This document shows, piece after piece, positions 11,370 through 25,761 of a stretch of DNA of 64,000 bases. The position numbers and the translations under genes were made by a program. The notes under the pieces are model-generated. The model did not search any database and had not been told where the DNA came from. It saw nothing but the letters and a program-made list of their open reading frames with translations. Each line of letters begins with the position of its first letter. Position 1 is the stretch's first letter. Source of the DNA: Octopus sinensis (taxonomy: Eukaryota); NCBI RefSeq assembly GCF_006345805.1, contig NC_043006.1, positions 96,286,001 through 96,350,000 on the forward strand, written 5' to 3'.

Positions 11370-12005
11370 TGGAGACTTTGCAAGCTTCCTCAACAATACA
11401 ATGAGACTTTTCTGCTTTCGTGTTTGCACACAAGACACAGCATCCAGTTCTCCGTACTAGATAAGTACTTATACATTGTTATTGTGAGTTCTTATAGCAC
11501 AGTTCTTCTTCCACCATTATTCTAGATAGGTACAGACGATCAACGTCTGCTTTTGCGTGGTGTATGCTCTTAGATGTTAGTAATTTTCTTTTCTTCCTGT
11601 TCAGACTTTGGATTTCTGTAAGATTCCAGTTAATGATGTTAAAACTGTATTCGATTACTGGAAGTGCCAGGGTGTTAATAGCTTCGATGCGATTGTTGCA
11701 GATGAGTTCAGTTCTTAGTATGAGTCGTATTCTTCTGTAATACTCCTTTCGTATATTTTCCGTCATAATAATATGTTGTACACCATCTCCTTCGTTTATC
11801 CCCAGGTATTTATAGGTTTCTTGTGGGTCAAACTCCTTGATGGCAGCGTGAGTATCTAATTTAATGGAAGTTGTTTGCTTACATAAGTTGCTTTAGCACA
11901 TTTATCAAGGCCAAAATCTATCCCGATATTTTTGCTGAAACAGCCCTTCGTCATTTCTAGCAGACAGCTTCAGATCGTCCATATAAAACAAATGGTTTAC
12001 TATAA
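11370..12005 (-). mobile_element. R4/Dong-type LINE RT fragment
   Basis: VNHLFYMDDLKL, FGLDKCA, AINTLALPVIEYSF, HHAKADVDRLY. Confidence 0.85.
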
Positions 12006-12019
12006 TATTATACATTTTG

Positions 12020-12941
12020 AACCCAAATCTGGTGTTACTCAAAAGGGATTGTTAAAAAAATGGCCGATCAATAGGGATCGTGTATCACAGAAATGTGATA
12101 GTGTAAAAACGGAAACAGATTAGGTTTATCCTTGGAAAGAAAAGCCTCCGGAAAAGACCACTGTAACTTCGGGAAATAATGTCATGCAAAAAATACATTA
12201 CAGTAAGTGACTCTCTTTTTTCCTTTCTTTTCTGGATCATAGGACTATGCTCAAGATGGCTCCGTCATTCACACGTGTCATCCTTGCTACATTCACCCAT
12301 CTATTTTCAAACATTCACTAGACAATACTTCCCTCTCTACTCTCACCTTCCTCTTCATGTGATACTTGAAGAAGTTGATGAGAGATTCACCAGACAGGAA
12401 TGTGTTTGTCTCTAGACCTGTCAGGCGCGTCCTCCACACACATTTTTTCGCCATAGCCACATGTACGATGAAAATGGCTCCTCCTTCCCGTTTCAAGGAA
12501 GGAGGCGCGACAATATTCACAATAGACTCGGTTGATAAACTGACTCGTCCCACACGCGATAGCAGTCGTTCGACATAATCCCACAGTCGGAAATGGTTGG
12601 ACAATGTACGAGTGCGCGCAGAACGGTTTCATCGCTCTGACCGCATATCGGGCAGGTACTTTCTCGCATATCGGGCAGGTGTTTCTCGAACCATGCCTGT
12701 AGAGCTTATCCCGAACGGGTAGCGCTCCTCGATAGCACCGTCAGGCCAGGGATCTCTGGAAGTTGTCCATAGGTCCCGGCCCGAAAGTAGTCTTGAACAG
12801 GCGGGTCAAGTATTCCTCGTTGATGCCCAGGTTCGCCCCGAGATCACCGTCGTACCTCCCCTTCACTAATCCCCAGTAGAATGCTTTGGTTGTGTTGAAG
12901 ACGCTCAAGATCGACTCGGGACAGCATAGTTGCTAGAGAGC
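12020..12941 (-). mobile_element. Tx1/L1-clade LINE 3' fragment, copy A
   Basis: DNFQRSLA*RCYRGALPVRDKLYRHG..CPIC zinc-knuckle region plus C-terminus; left boundary approximate. Confidence 0.8.
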
Positions 12942-13346
<405 letters not shown>

Positions 13347-13347
<1 letters not shown>

Positions 13348-14180
13348 CGTTTCTTTATTGGCCACACAGGGCTGCACACAGATGGGACAAGTTACAAGGT
13401 AGAGCATTTCTTTTGGGGGATGAAAAAAAAAAGGTGGCCTAGGTTTTCGATCAAAAGGGATCGTAAAAGGGGAAAAAAAGAACAAAAAATAAAATTTAAA
13501 AAAATAAAAAAGGAACAGGAACAAAAGAAAAGGGAAATGAAAAAAAGAAGAAAAAAGGGGAAAAAGGGGAAGAGGAAAAAAAACGATCAATTTTATGATG
13601 TATGCTGTAAAGGGGAAAGCAAGTAAGGTTTACCCGTGGGAAGAAAAGCCTACGAAAAAGACCACGGTAACCTTGGTCAATATTGTTATATGTTTTCAAT
13701 TTCTGGGTTCATAGGTTTATGCTCAAGGTGGCTTCGTCATTCATACGTGCCATCCTTGCTACATTCACCCATCTTTTTTTAAAACATTCGCTAGACAAAA
13801 CTTGCCTCTCTACTCTCACTTTCCTTTTCAAGTGGTACTTGAAGAAGTTGATGAGAGATTGACCAGAGAGGAAAGTGTTTGTTTCCAATTCTTTCAGACG
13901 CGTCCACCAGATACATTCTTTCGCCATAGCCACAAAGATGATGAAAATAGCTCTTCCTTCCCGTTTGAAGGAAGGAGGCGTGACAATATTGACGATAGAC
14001 TTAGCTGATAAACCGACTCGTCCCACACGTGACAGCAGTTGTTCGAGATAAGCCCATAGGTCGGAAATTGTTGGACACTGCACGAGTGCATGCAGAACGG
14101 TTTCGTCGCTCTGACCGCATCTTGGACAGGTCGGCCCCGTGTTTCTCGAGCCGTGTCTGTAGAGCTTATTCCGAACGGGT
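13347..14180 (-). mobile_element. Tx1/L1-clade LINE 3' end, copy B
   Basis: PVRNKLYRHGSRNTGPTCPRCGQSDETVLHALVQCP..; 3' UTR with AATAAA running into (CTAT)n. Confidence 0.85.
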
Positions 14181-14979
14181 GTCGAGTTTTTGAGTTTTTT
14201 TAGCGCCTGACACTTTCATTAATTGGTACTCATCATAGAGGATGACGCATGAAGATGCTGCACTCATCATGAAGCAGTCATGAAATCATTGCAAATGCAG
14301 TTTCTGTTTCGCCCTGATTAACTTTGGCATAATGGTGGACACCATTTCCGAAAGGCTAACCTGTTTTATTTGCAACCTAAATATTCTCGTTTCGATTGTA
14401 CTGAGAGGTATGTTGGGCAAATATCTTTTTGTTATATCCATTCTTTCGGGGCCAACACTAACTTATGATAGAATTCAGGCAGACGGAAACTGTACGGACG
14501 CCTGTGAAATAGATTTTACATTGCCAGTAATAGAAAAGTACAGTCCTGTCACGCATTGTTACAATCGTTCACCTGAGAGTTACTGTACAAGTACACGTGA
14601 CTCTTGAACGCTCAGCCAATTACATGCTAATTAAATGAGCAGATAATTCTTTGTTCAGACAACTGAAGTGCATCGTCTAATCCGACGGAGATCCATTTGC
14701 TTCTGTATATATGTCAGCATGCATACGTATACACACACACATACACACAAAACACACATACACACAGAACACACACATATATATGAAGATAAAAGCAGAT
14801 GCGTATGTATGTACATCTTAACAAATTTGTCATATGAAAGGACTCATGTACATAAACAACCATATTTATCTCCAAATTTGCATATATGTGTGGGGTGGTA
14901 TCTCTTACAGAGACGGAGCGTGAGTGCGGGTGTATATATATATGTACATGCGTGTGTGTCTTTATATATAAAGAGAGAG

Positions 14980-15156
<177 letters not shown>

Positions 15157-15171
15157 TAATTATATCTACGT

Positions 15172-15470
15172 CATTAATTATATCTCATTTACTGATAAGC
15201 TTAAATTTAGCTGTTTGAACATTATATGTCAGAAATGAAAAAAGAATGATCAAGTATAAAATATGAAACATACGTACACACCGACATACACACTCACACA
15301 CACTCACTCACACACACTCACACACACTCACACACACTCACACACACTCACACACACTCACACACACTCACACACAAACACACACTGCCTTCTACATCAT
15401 TAATTATATCTCATTACTGATAAGCTTAAATCTAGATGTTTGTACATAATGTGTCAGAAATTTGAAAAAA
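15172..15470. repeat. ~73 bp local direct duplication flanking a (CACACACT)n tract
   Basis: cattaattatatctcatt..ctgataagcttaaa..gtcagaaat at 15172 and 15398. Confidence 0.8.
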
Positions 15471-17279
15471 TTATTAGATATAAATTGCAAATTATACGCA
15501 GACACGCATGCGCACAGACACATATACACATGAATATAGCTGTATATTATATGCGTGCGTATGTATATAAATATACGTACGTACATACATGTATGTTATG
15601 CCGTTATATGTGTGTGTATGGGTTTTCTTTGTGAATAATTATATATCAATGAATAATTTATATAAAATATATTACACAATTTAAAACAAATAGATATTTT
15701 ATACAAACCTATCATTTTACGCAATTCCATAATAAACGTGTTTGTTGTCCCTTGGCAGTGAAATATGGTTTCGAAACTTTGGCGTTTAAAATTATTAAAA
15801 TATCATCTGATATTTTAATTTTAACGTTTGTTGTTTCAGTGTGTTTGCGTGTTTAATTATGTGAGAGAGAGAGAGAGAGAGAGAAAGAGCGTGTGTGTGT
15901 GTGTGTGTGTGTTGTGTGTGTGTGCCTTTCTCTAGAATATTGGAAATCAACAACACTTTTCAAAATACAGTAAATATTTTTTACCTAATTCCAACAGTCA
16001 TCGTCGACGAAAAGCCAAAATCTTCCACGCACAAATTAAAACTCTACCATGTCATAATGTTACATATATTAAGAGAATGCCTGACAACCAGTGAGACACG
16101 CAGTTACGCAATCATGCAGGCACACAGACAGAGTCTCTTAAATCGAAGCACTATGAAACTCGTCTTTACCCTTTATATAGGGGTAGGAGTTGAATTTTTA
16201 GGTCCGTGCATACCATTCATAACACTTAAAGATCATAAAGAAAATTTTTGCTGGTCATCCTAATGCAGAAACAAAATAAGAAATATCTAGCGAGCATACA
16301 CAATATTTAATTATATTTATCAAGAAGTACATGGTATCCCTTCAATTGTGGAATGATGGCATGTCAGTATTCGATTTGTTTGGTGGTATCATCGTCACAC
16401 AACACTGTAAACTTATCCAATCTACTTTTGTAAAATTTGTATAACTAACTTCCACTAAACGAAAGTCAAAACCATTGTACAGTTGAGTGAGTTTAATATT
16501 AGGATCATGATGCACATACAAGAATATCTATTTTGCCTTTGATAGCTCGTTCTTTGTATATGTGTGTGCGTGAGTGTGTGTATTTCTGTGTGTTTTGCGT
16601 TTGTTTGTGTGTGTGTTTGTGCGTATATGTGTTTGCGTGTGTTTGTGTGTGTGTTTGTGCGTGTGTGTGTTTATGTGTGTGTGTGTAAAAAGAAGACGTA
16701 CTGCTTGACGTCACCATGTGAGCAAATGATAACGTTGTATTATGCGAAATTAACGCAATTTATATTTAGAACCATTTTGCATGTTTTTTTTCCTGTATTA
16801 CGTTTAACAGTTTATAAAGGCGATGGCTTTTTAGTTTCGAGCAGCACCTACAGATCACAAGGTAAACATATTGAAACATTATGATAAAAACTTGATTTCA
16901 TGAAACATGTTCCCGAATTAAAATACATACTAATATTTGTACTAGTATTTTTTATCATTGGTCGAAATTTAAATGCAAATAAATTTCTGCCTTTATTAGA
17001 AACCTTACGAATATTCTATGAAATTTAATATCTAATATTTATAAATGTATATCTTCATTGTCTTGTAATGAATGCTATGGTTATTAGCGTTTCGTACTTA
17101 TTATTATGCTAATGTGACTTAATTTGCTAAAACGGTTTTTCAAATTAAAATACAATATATTACTCGCCTTATATCTCAAGAAATGTTTAATAATGCGATA
17201 TGTAATTTACTTAAAACAGATTCAGAAATTTTGCCGAAGCTTTTCTAATTTTAATTTCTTTTCAATTTCTGACGTATGA

Positions 17280-18080
17280 TAAATATCGTAAGATGTTTAC
17301 TACAAACTCCCATAAAGTTGACTAAACCCTTACCATAAAATACAATCTCAATAAGCTTTATATAACTCACACTTTTCGACATGCCGAATGGTCCGTTGTG
17401 TAATTAGCAATATCAACGAAAACTGCAATCTGAAACTCCATTTTGGTGAACAACCCATAGGGATGCATTGTTGCTATCCCTGTAGGGTTGATTCCGCCAC
17501 AGACCATATGAAATTATAGTTAATGTTTATATTTGCTTCACTATGGTTGCACTCCACCAGTGATGCTAAAGCTATTGTTGAGGACATTGAAATACGCTGC
17601 TACATTGGGTTCACTGTGGCCCCTATATAATCGTTATCTCTTCACTAAATATTTTACATGCTACGCTGGTTAGTACGCAGTGATTCTTCTGGAGGAATTC
17701 CATGGAAATCCTGCAGTTATTCCAACGGGTAAGAGGAAAACGTTTCATAAAGTCCGTTGGTCATTCTATTCACAAAAGAATTCGGTAAAGTACCGGCTTT
17801 CTTGATACATTCAAGGATAATGGGTTCTGTTTCACAAAACAGTTGGTATTATCAACACCTTGACTACTTCTGTGGCAATTCCCATTTCTTTAACGAAGGG
17901 TGTTAACGTTGTGGCGCTCTTTAGAGCTGGTCACACAGCATCTACTTTTGTATTTCCTCCGGAACAAGCCACTTCCGTTCCAGAGCCAGTGCCAGCATTA
18001 TATCTATTAAGTTTGCACTTAATAAAAGCACCTATTACACTGACCACATTCGATGCGGTGGAATACGACAAATTAATCGT
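17280..18080 (-). pseudogene. Candidate endogenous densovirus-like capsid (VP) relic
   Basis: Colinear motifs AGTGSGT..SGGNT (17976-17996), VLIIP (17844), YQESRYF, LL..TAGFPW (17700), RISMSST..LASL, GGIN (17487), PM..PKW; many stops and frameshifts. Confidence 0.5.
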
Positions 18081-18318
18081 ATGTCTATTTTATAGTACAC
18101 ATGCACGTATATATAAATGTGTGTGCGTACGTGTGTATGCATGTATGAATGCATGTGTATATATGTGTATAATATATATATATATATTATATATATATAT
18201 ATATAAAGGCGATGCTCCAGCATGGCCGTAGTCAAATGACTGAAACAAGTGAAAGAATAAATATATATATATATATATATATATTATAGATAGAGAGAGA
18301 GAGAGAGATATGTATATA

Positions 18319-18386
<68 letters not shown>

Positions 18387-18399
18387 TGTATTATATATA

Positions 18400-18444
<45 letters not shown>

Positions 18445-18479
18445 CTGATGTATCTATACATCGATGTGAGTGCATTTTT

Positions 18480-18690
18480 GTGTTGTATTTACCCCCTCCA
18501 CTTCCGCTTGACAACCGATGTTGGTTTGTATACGTTCCCGTAACCTAACGGTTTGGCAAATCAGCCGATAGAATTACAAGAAAACTATAAAACCAAGTTT
18601 TAGAAGTCAATTTATTCAACTAACTCCTTCAACGCCGTGCCCCAGAATGGCCACAACCTCATCATTGAAAGAAGTATGACCGAAAAAAAG
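18480..18690 (+). mobile_element. SINE family A, 3' half, diverged
   Basis: gcttgacaaccgatgttgg..ccgtaacctaacggtttggcaaa. Confidence 0.65.
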
Positions 18691-18779
18691 ATGAAAGATC
18701 GACCGCAGTACTTGTTTCCCTTCACTTCAAACTGAACTTCAGCCGCATCAGTTATCACTTAAAGCCGTCAACACCGTTT

Positions 18780-19930
18780 CCTTACTTCCAATTCCTCCTT
18801 CCCGTCCCCTTTCTCCCCCTTCCCTCCCCTTTCCCCTCCTCCCCTCCTCCTCCTCCTATTCCCTCTCTTTGTCGTTCTTCGCCACCTTTTCCTGCAATTC
18901 TTCTTAATGTTAAATTATAATATATTGCAGCTGTGTGTGTGTTTATATAGATGTATATTAGATTGTAGGCAGGTGTGTGCTCTTACGTATTGTGGTGTGC
19001 GCGTCACTTAGTGCTAATATGACAATTGTCAGAGCGTTTATATTGGTGGATGTGTGCGTGTGGGCTTCCGAATGCGCTTTAAACGTCACGTGCGTATATT
19101 GTCTTCTTCTTCTCCTTCTTCTTCTCCTTCTTCTTCTCCTTCTTCTTCTTCTTCTTCGTCTTCTGCTCCTCCTTCTTCTTCTTCTTCTTCGTCTTCTGCT
19201 CCTCCTTCTTCTTCTTCTTCTTATTATTATTCTTCTTCTCTATTCTTATTATTCTTCTCTTCTTCTTCTTATTCTTATTATTAGTCGTATTATTCTTCTT
19301 CTTCTCCTTCTTATATTATTCGTATTCTGCTTCATTCTTATCTATTCTTCTTCGTCTTATTTTCTTCTTCTATTATTACTTCTTCTTCTTATTCTTCTTA
19401 TTCTTATTCTTCTCTTCTTTCTCCTATTATTATTCTTCTTCGTATTCTCTATGACTTCTTTATTCTTCTTCTTATTCTTATTATTCTTGTCTTCTGCTCC
19501 TCCTATCTTCTACTTCTTCTTCTTCATATTCTTCTTCTTTCTCTTCTCCTCTTATTCTCTTCTTCTTCTTCTTCGTATCTCTTCTTCTTCTTTCTTCTTC
19601 TTCTCCTTCTTCTTTCGTCCTTCTTTCTTCATATTCTTCTTCTTCTCCTTCTTTTTCTTTCTTCTTCTTCTTCTTCTTCTTCTTCTTCGTCTTATTCTTC
19701 TTCCTTTTTCTTCTCCTCCTCTCTCCGTCTTCTTCTTTCTTCTTCTTCTTCTTCTTCTCTTCTTTCTTCTTCTTCTTCTTCTTTCTTCTTCTTCTTCTTC
19801 GTCTTCTGCTCCGCCTTATTCTTCTATCTTCTTCTTCTTCTTCTTCGTCTTCTTCTTCTTCTTCTTCTTCTTCTTCTTCTCCTCCTCCGTCCTCCACCTC
19901 CTCCTCCTCCTCCTCCTCCTCCTTCTCCTC
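18780..19930. repeat. Polypyrimidine (CTT/CCT/ATT) low-complexity tract
   Basis: About 1.1 kb of ctt-rich sequence, with a TG-rich interruption at 18900-19100. Confidence 0.85.
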
Positions 19931-20761
19931 ACCCGTTTATGTCTGATTGTGTGAGTCTCTGTTGATGTTTGTGTTGCCGTCTTTGCGTATGTTTCTGTGA
20001 TCTTTGTTTATAAATATATGTGTGTGTGTATCATACCTGTGTACGAACACGTGTGTGTGTGTGTGCGTGCGTGCGTCTCTCTCTCCCTCATTCTTCCCTA
20101 TCTCTCTCTCTCTCTCTTTCACTCCTTCTTTCTCCTTCCCCCTCTCTATCTTCCTCTTTCTATGTCTGTGTGTCCCCCTCCGTGCGTCAACATTCGTATC
20201 AATAATACGATGGTTATTTAAACAAATTATTTCGAATATTTCCTTAATTTGACATTTGCATTAATCATAATATGAGATTAATTTAACTGTTTAGAATGTG
20301 GTCAGGTGTGCTGTGTGCGTGTGTGCGTGTGTGTGTGCGCGGGTGTGTATGCGTGTGTGTGTGTGTGTGGTGTGTGTGTGTGTGTGTGTGTCTGTGTGTG
20401 TGTGTGCGTGTGTTCTTTATTTCTTTACAGCTTTCTTTCTATCATAATGACAATGTCCAAACTGGAGAATCGTCCTCTCTGCTATTATATTCGCCCCATG
20501 GTTTTGGTGTCGGTTCTGCTGATATTATATAATAAATGTTGTCTTATACATATAATAAGCATGGCTGTTTGGTTATGAAGTTCGCTTTGCAACTACGTTC
20601 CTGGGTTCATTCCTGCCTCTGCTACATCTCCATATTCTTCAGCTGACCGATGATGGTACCTTTTGAGTGAAACTGATAGACGGATATCGTACGGAGGACC
20701 GTTGTATATGTGTGTACGCATGTGTAAATATAAGTATATTTGTGTGTGTGTGTGTGGTGTA

Positions 20762-21075
20762 GGCAAAAGCAGAAGCAGCTGAGAAGAGTTCCAAGTGGAT
20801 CTGGTAAGGGTGGAATGGAAGTGAATTTTAAAAGACATGATTTACTCAACATTCAACAGGCGTCCGTCACTGAACTGGTAACAACAACCAAGGTACATTG
20901 GATTTGGTGTACCTTAAGCATCCATTGGGGTTACAATGCAGACAGTAGCATAAGATGTGGGTACAGAGGGGCATCCAGGAAGCATAACTTGGATGCACCC
21001 CGGGACCCTTAGAGGGTAAGCTGCTGAGGGCCGAAAAGCCTGTATGAAGGAAGCTTCTACTCTGAAGATGCTCGA
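20762..21075 (+). mobile_element. 3' end of an R2/HERO-like RLE LINE
   Basis: AEAAEKSSKWIW resembles the EAAERxSRWLW C-terminus; followed by UTR-like sequence. Confidence 0.5.
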
Positions 21076-21166
21076 CAGTTCATTTCTCCTTAGAGTTCAC
21101 TGCTAACTACTACTACTACAACTGCAACTACTACTACTACTACTACTACTAATAATAATAATAATG

Positions 21167-21226
<60 letters not shown>

Positions 21227-21419
21227 TTAATAATAATAATACATATGTGTGTGAATGAGTATGTAGGTACACGCACAGTTCTATGTGTTCTTTTTTTTCC
21301 GAAAGTACCTTGTTCCATGTTTGTCTTCAAACTGACGCCGTTTCAAAAGCGATGCGCATCGAGTAATTTAACGCCTCGACAAATATTTCTATGAAACAAG
21401 TCTTCTTTTAATTCTTATG

Positions 21420-21751
21420 TCTTCTTTGATTTGTTTCAGTCATCAGACTGCGGCCATGCTGGGGCACCGCTTAGGAGAGTTTCAGTCAACAAATTGACTC
21501 CAGGACTTATTTTCTGTTTAATTCTGGTATATCGTATTTTAGTCAAACGTATTTTGGAGGCTTTTTGCGGAACCACTAACTTACGGGGATGAAACAAAAA
21601 TGACACCGGTTGTCAAGCAGTTGTAATGCGTAATAAACTCAAACACAACGACAAAACTCACTACCACACACACACTCACACGCATGCATGCACGCACACA
21701 CACACGCATGCATGCACACAGACCGACAGTCAGGCAGACAAACAGACAGAC

Positions 21752-21811
<60 letters not shown>

Positions 21812-21906
21812 GATAGATAGATAGATCGATAAATAGATAGATAGATAAATAGATAGATAGTAGATAGAGATAGAGAGATAGATAGTAGATAGATAGATAG
21901 GCGGAG

Positions 21907-21947
<41 letters not shown>

Positions 21948-21948
21948 T

Positions 21949-21994
<46 letters not shown>

Positions 21995-22180
21995 AAGGTA
22001 GCTAGATTGATAGATATAACGAGCTTCCTTACTGATTCCATCTATCTAATTCACTGACCACGCTTTGATCGGCCAAGGGCTATAATGGAAGTGATGTGCC
22101 CAAGATTCCGTGTAGTGTAACTGAACCTGAAGCCACATCGGTACAAAGCGAGAATTTCCTTGCCACACGTCCATGCCTGT
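21420..22180 (-). mobile_element. SINE family A with its internal tract expanded to (CA)n+(GATA)n
   Basis: 3' half 21420-21650, GATA tract 21745-22015, 5' half 22020-22180. Confidence 0.75.
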
Positions 22181-23509
22181 ACCTCAACTTTTCTTATTAT
22201 TATTAAATGTAATAGAATTCTCATCACCAACTAAAATCCGTCATAGTGATGCCCCATCATGGCCGCAATCCAAAGTAAAAGAGCAAAAGGTTGTAGTTCG
22301 TATCACTTGTTTTATAAATCACCGCTTGATACGCTTTGCATTTGTCTCCCTTGTTAACCTCTCCTTACACAAGTTTGATCCTTGGACAGTAAATTTAAAT
22401 ATCGACATTAATTAAAGATTTGAAAGAAATTGTGATTAATATCCATGGCGTGTGATGGAGGAAGGGGTCTTTTCTTGTTTCTTTTTTTTGTGAGTGGAGG
22501 TATTTTTTCCCAGAAGCTACTTTCTGAAGCAAATATTTAAGAATCATTAAATACGGCGTCTGTCACACTTCAACGGTGTGCGAACTTATGATAAGGTCAT
22601 GCAAGGATCTGATTCACAAATCTAATTAATGATGGGCATGACTCTCGACCTCCACCTACATCCTACTGGTGCACTTGCTGACAAGAGAGCTACAGTGTGA
22701 GCATTTAACCGGCTAAAGTTAGCAGCCAAATCACCTTCAAATTTACACCCTGCCGTTTGAAAAACTATCGGACATATGGTAGTCCTGAGTTCCCTGTGCA
22801 TAGGAAAAATACAGGATGGCCACAGTTGGGTTGCCTTTCTTCATGTGTCTCCTTGATTAGAGATGATCTCAGGTTAAATCACAACAACAACACAACCAGC
22901 AACAATGGTGTATTTACAAGGTTGCTTGGTCAGCTAGATATAACAGCTAAATTCCTTCATATTACATCGTACCATATTAGAATACACCTATACCTTAGTT
23001 AACATGGTTGTGGGTGTTCTCTGCCAAGGAGACAAGGCGGGATGGTCATGGCTGTAATGTTTAATTGTATATCTGCTCGATCAGAGATGTTTTAGGGCTA
23101 AGCAAAACCATTAACTTGTAACACACCACCATTTTTGAGCAATTACTAATTACCACCACCATCATCACCATCACATCCGTCGACCACTATCTTTTTGGGA
23201 TTAGGAATAGAAATAGTAAGTATAATATTTAATAGTTTATGTCTTGGTTGAGTTAATATCGTTTGGAGTTGATGAAGTTGTGGGTGTTTCTATCTCTAAC
23301 ACTATTTTGATATATATGAATTAATTATTGAGAGTAATTCAATTTAATATTACTAATATCTCATCACAATTACATTCTTATCTCTTACTGTGCTCTCTGC
23401 ACATTCTGAACGAATTTTCTCTGCGCTGTCATGTACACCCTTGCATCAATGTAAACTTTCATTTGATGAAGATACCCTTGGCTTGATGATATAAACGTCG
23501 CTTCGATAT

Positions 23510-23760
23510 TTACCACTTATGCAAAAGTGTCGTAAGTCCAAAACGTTGCTTTTTTAGAAAACAAAAAATAATAGTTTCACCATTCCATAACAAGGCCGTT
23601 GTACTACAGTTTGACAATTTTTGATATCTTGGCATCTGAAGCAACTGGAGATTTGATAGGTTGACCAAATGAACCGACTATTGGATGCAAAAATAAATAT
23701 TGAAAAAAACGCATTTGGCCAAATCTGGACATACAAAAGTCTAACACAATAGCAACGATA
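23510..23760. mobile_element. ~250 bp MITE-like repeat, copy 1
   Basis: cgtaagtccaaa..tttcaccattccata..gcatttggcc..acaatagcaa shared with 56300-56550. Confidence 0.7.
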
Positions 23761-23869
23761 CACACACACACACACACAGACACACACACACACACACATA
23801 TACACATGTTTATATCTATGTGCATATGTGCACGCGTGGGTGTGTGTGTGTCTTTGTGCCTGTGTTTGT

Positions 23870-24060
23870 CTCTCGCCGCTGTTTGACAACATGTGCTGGT
23901 TTGTTTGCGTCCCCGTAACTTCGCGGTTCGGCAAAGTATTTCGATTATTTCAGATTTAAAAAAATAAGTATTGATGTTGACTTATTTAACAAAACATTCT
24001 TCAAGGTGATGCCCCAGTGTGGCCGCAATCTAATGACCCAAATAAATAAAAGATAAAAGA
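23870..24060 (+). mobile_element. SINE family A, 3' half
   Basis: ccccgtaacttcgcggttcggcaaa..gccccagtgtggccgcaatctaatgac. Confidence 0.7.
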
Positions 24061-24524
24061 CGTAGCAAGCTACATGTAGCCAACTCCACCTTCCCCGCCC
24101 CCACAGACCTCTCTTACACAACCACCAACTATAAACCTTCACACGCCACCATTACTGAAAGCCACCGCCATTAACCACCACTAGCATTAACAACCAACTA
24201 CAAGTAACGTGACCACCATTCACACCACCCTTATTAACCACCGCCGCCATCTGATTTAACGATGTAACCAGCACCATTACCCACCCACCCCACCCCCGCC
24301 AGAACCACCATCAGCAGCTGTTGCTAAACACACCTTGCTGCCGTCAGTTTTAAGAAAAAAGAAAAATTACTAATTACTCCGCTTTAATTTTAATTTAAAT
24401 TTTATATGAAGGACCTTGTGTGGTGATGGTAGGGGGAATTAAGGGGGTGGAGAGGAGTGAACGAAGAGCTGGAAGAGTATCGGTTAGAGGTGGGGGGGGC
24501 GATAACCATTAATCACAAATTCTT

Positions 24525-24646
24525 AATCATCATCATCATCATCATCATGTTTCTTCATTATTGTTACCATCATCATTAGCACCATCATTTTCATATATTT
24601 CAGAGCAACCACCATCACCATCAACAGCAGTACAGATATCATCATC

Positions 24647-24678
<32 letters not shown>

Positions 24679-24709
24679 CATTATCACCATCATCATCAAC
24701 ATCATCATC

Positions 24710-24793
<84 letters not shown>

Positions 24794-24799
24794 CCATCC

Positions 24800-24838
<39 letters not shown>

Positions 24839-24890
24839 CCATCATCATCATCAGCATCATCAGCATCATCATCATCATCATCATCTATGA
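24525..24890. repeat. (CAT)n microsatellite
   Basis: cat/cac triplet run. Confidence 0.9.
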
Positions 24891-25761
24891 ACCAATAAGG
24901 AAACGTGCTCGCTTGAACTGTTAGAAATAGCAACCAAATGAACCTGTATGGCTGATGTTATTGATTTATAGGTGGCTTTTGTTTATAATTAATAATTGTT
25001 GTTGTATATGTAGTAGCTGTAAAGTTGTTGTTGTACAAATGTCAGCTACTGTTAATTTTGCCCCTATTGTTTCTCTATGTAGACAGTAACGTAACTATTG
25101 TTTTTCATGCGAATAGTGCCTCAGTTATTTATTCCCTAAATAGTTGTGTTTCCCACGACCTGCTCGGCGTATAATACTAACATTGGTGAACTAGCCTGAT
25201 AACTCCGGACTTTATAGAGATGACGGTTCAGTAATTTTCCACAACATGAACGGCCACACAAACGATGAATTGATCATCATAATATCAATAGTGATGCTGG
25301 TGAAGAGAATAAAGCCGAAACATGTTTGAATTGTCTCCCGTGCATACTGAATTAACTAATATATTTTTCCTTGGGATATTAACTTTTAGTTGAAGGTCAT
25401 CTCTCTCCGAGTCTGAACATAACCAATTCCTTTGAAAGCAGTCAAATTTCCTTGAATTTAAAAAGTATGTTGATACGTTATCATCATGGTTTTCAAATCC
25501 AAGGAAGAGATTCTACTGATTTTGCCGGATTTTTAGGAAGAAAGGTCTTCAAAGAAACGACCCAAGGACAACGTCTCGGATCTTCTATACGGAAATTTTC
25601 AATGAAACACATCTCAGGTTTTCAAAATTTTAGTGCTAGGATTCTACCCTGTGTCTTCGATGTTACAGAGTATAAGCAACCTTACATTTCTACTATATTT
25701 TAATTTCCAAATATATTGATAGAAAGAAACCAAATTCTCTCTATCCCTCGCCATACATACA

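Noticed and set aside
17480-17720. GH18 chitinase-like reading (LYRG..AYFNV)
   Set aside because: Motif order does not fit chitinase; the densovirus VP reading explains more colinear motifs.
23461-23500. Hammerhead-like UUGAUGAA-GAUA..UAU-AAAC-GUC
   Set aside because: G12 is missing and helix I does not pair; at best a dead relic.
25290-25330. Hammerhead-like CUGGUGAA..GCC-GAAAC-AU-GUU
   Set aside because: The core is mutated and helices I and II do not pair.
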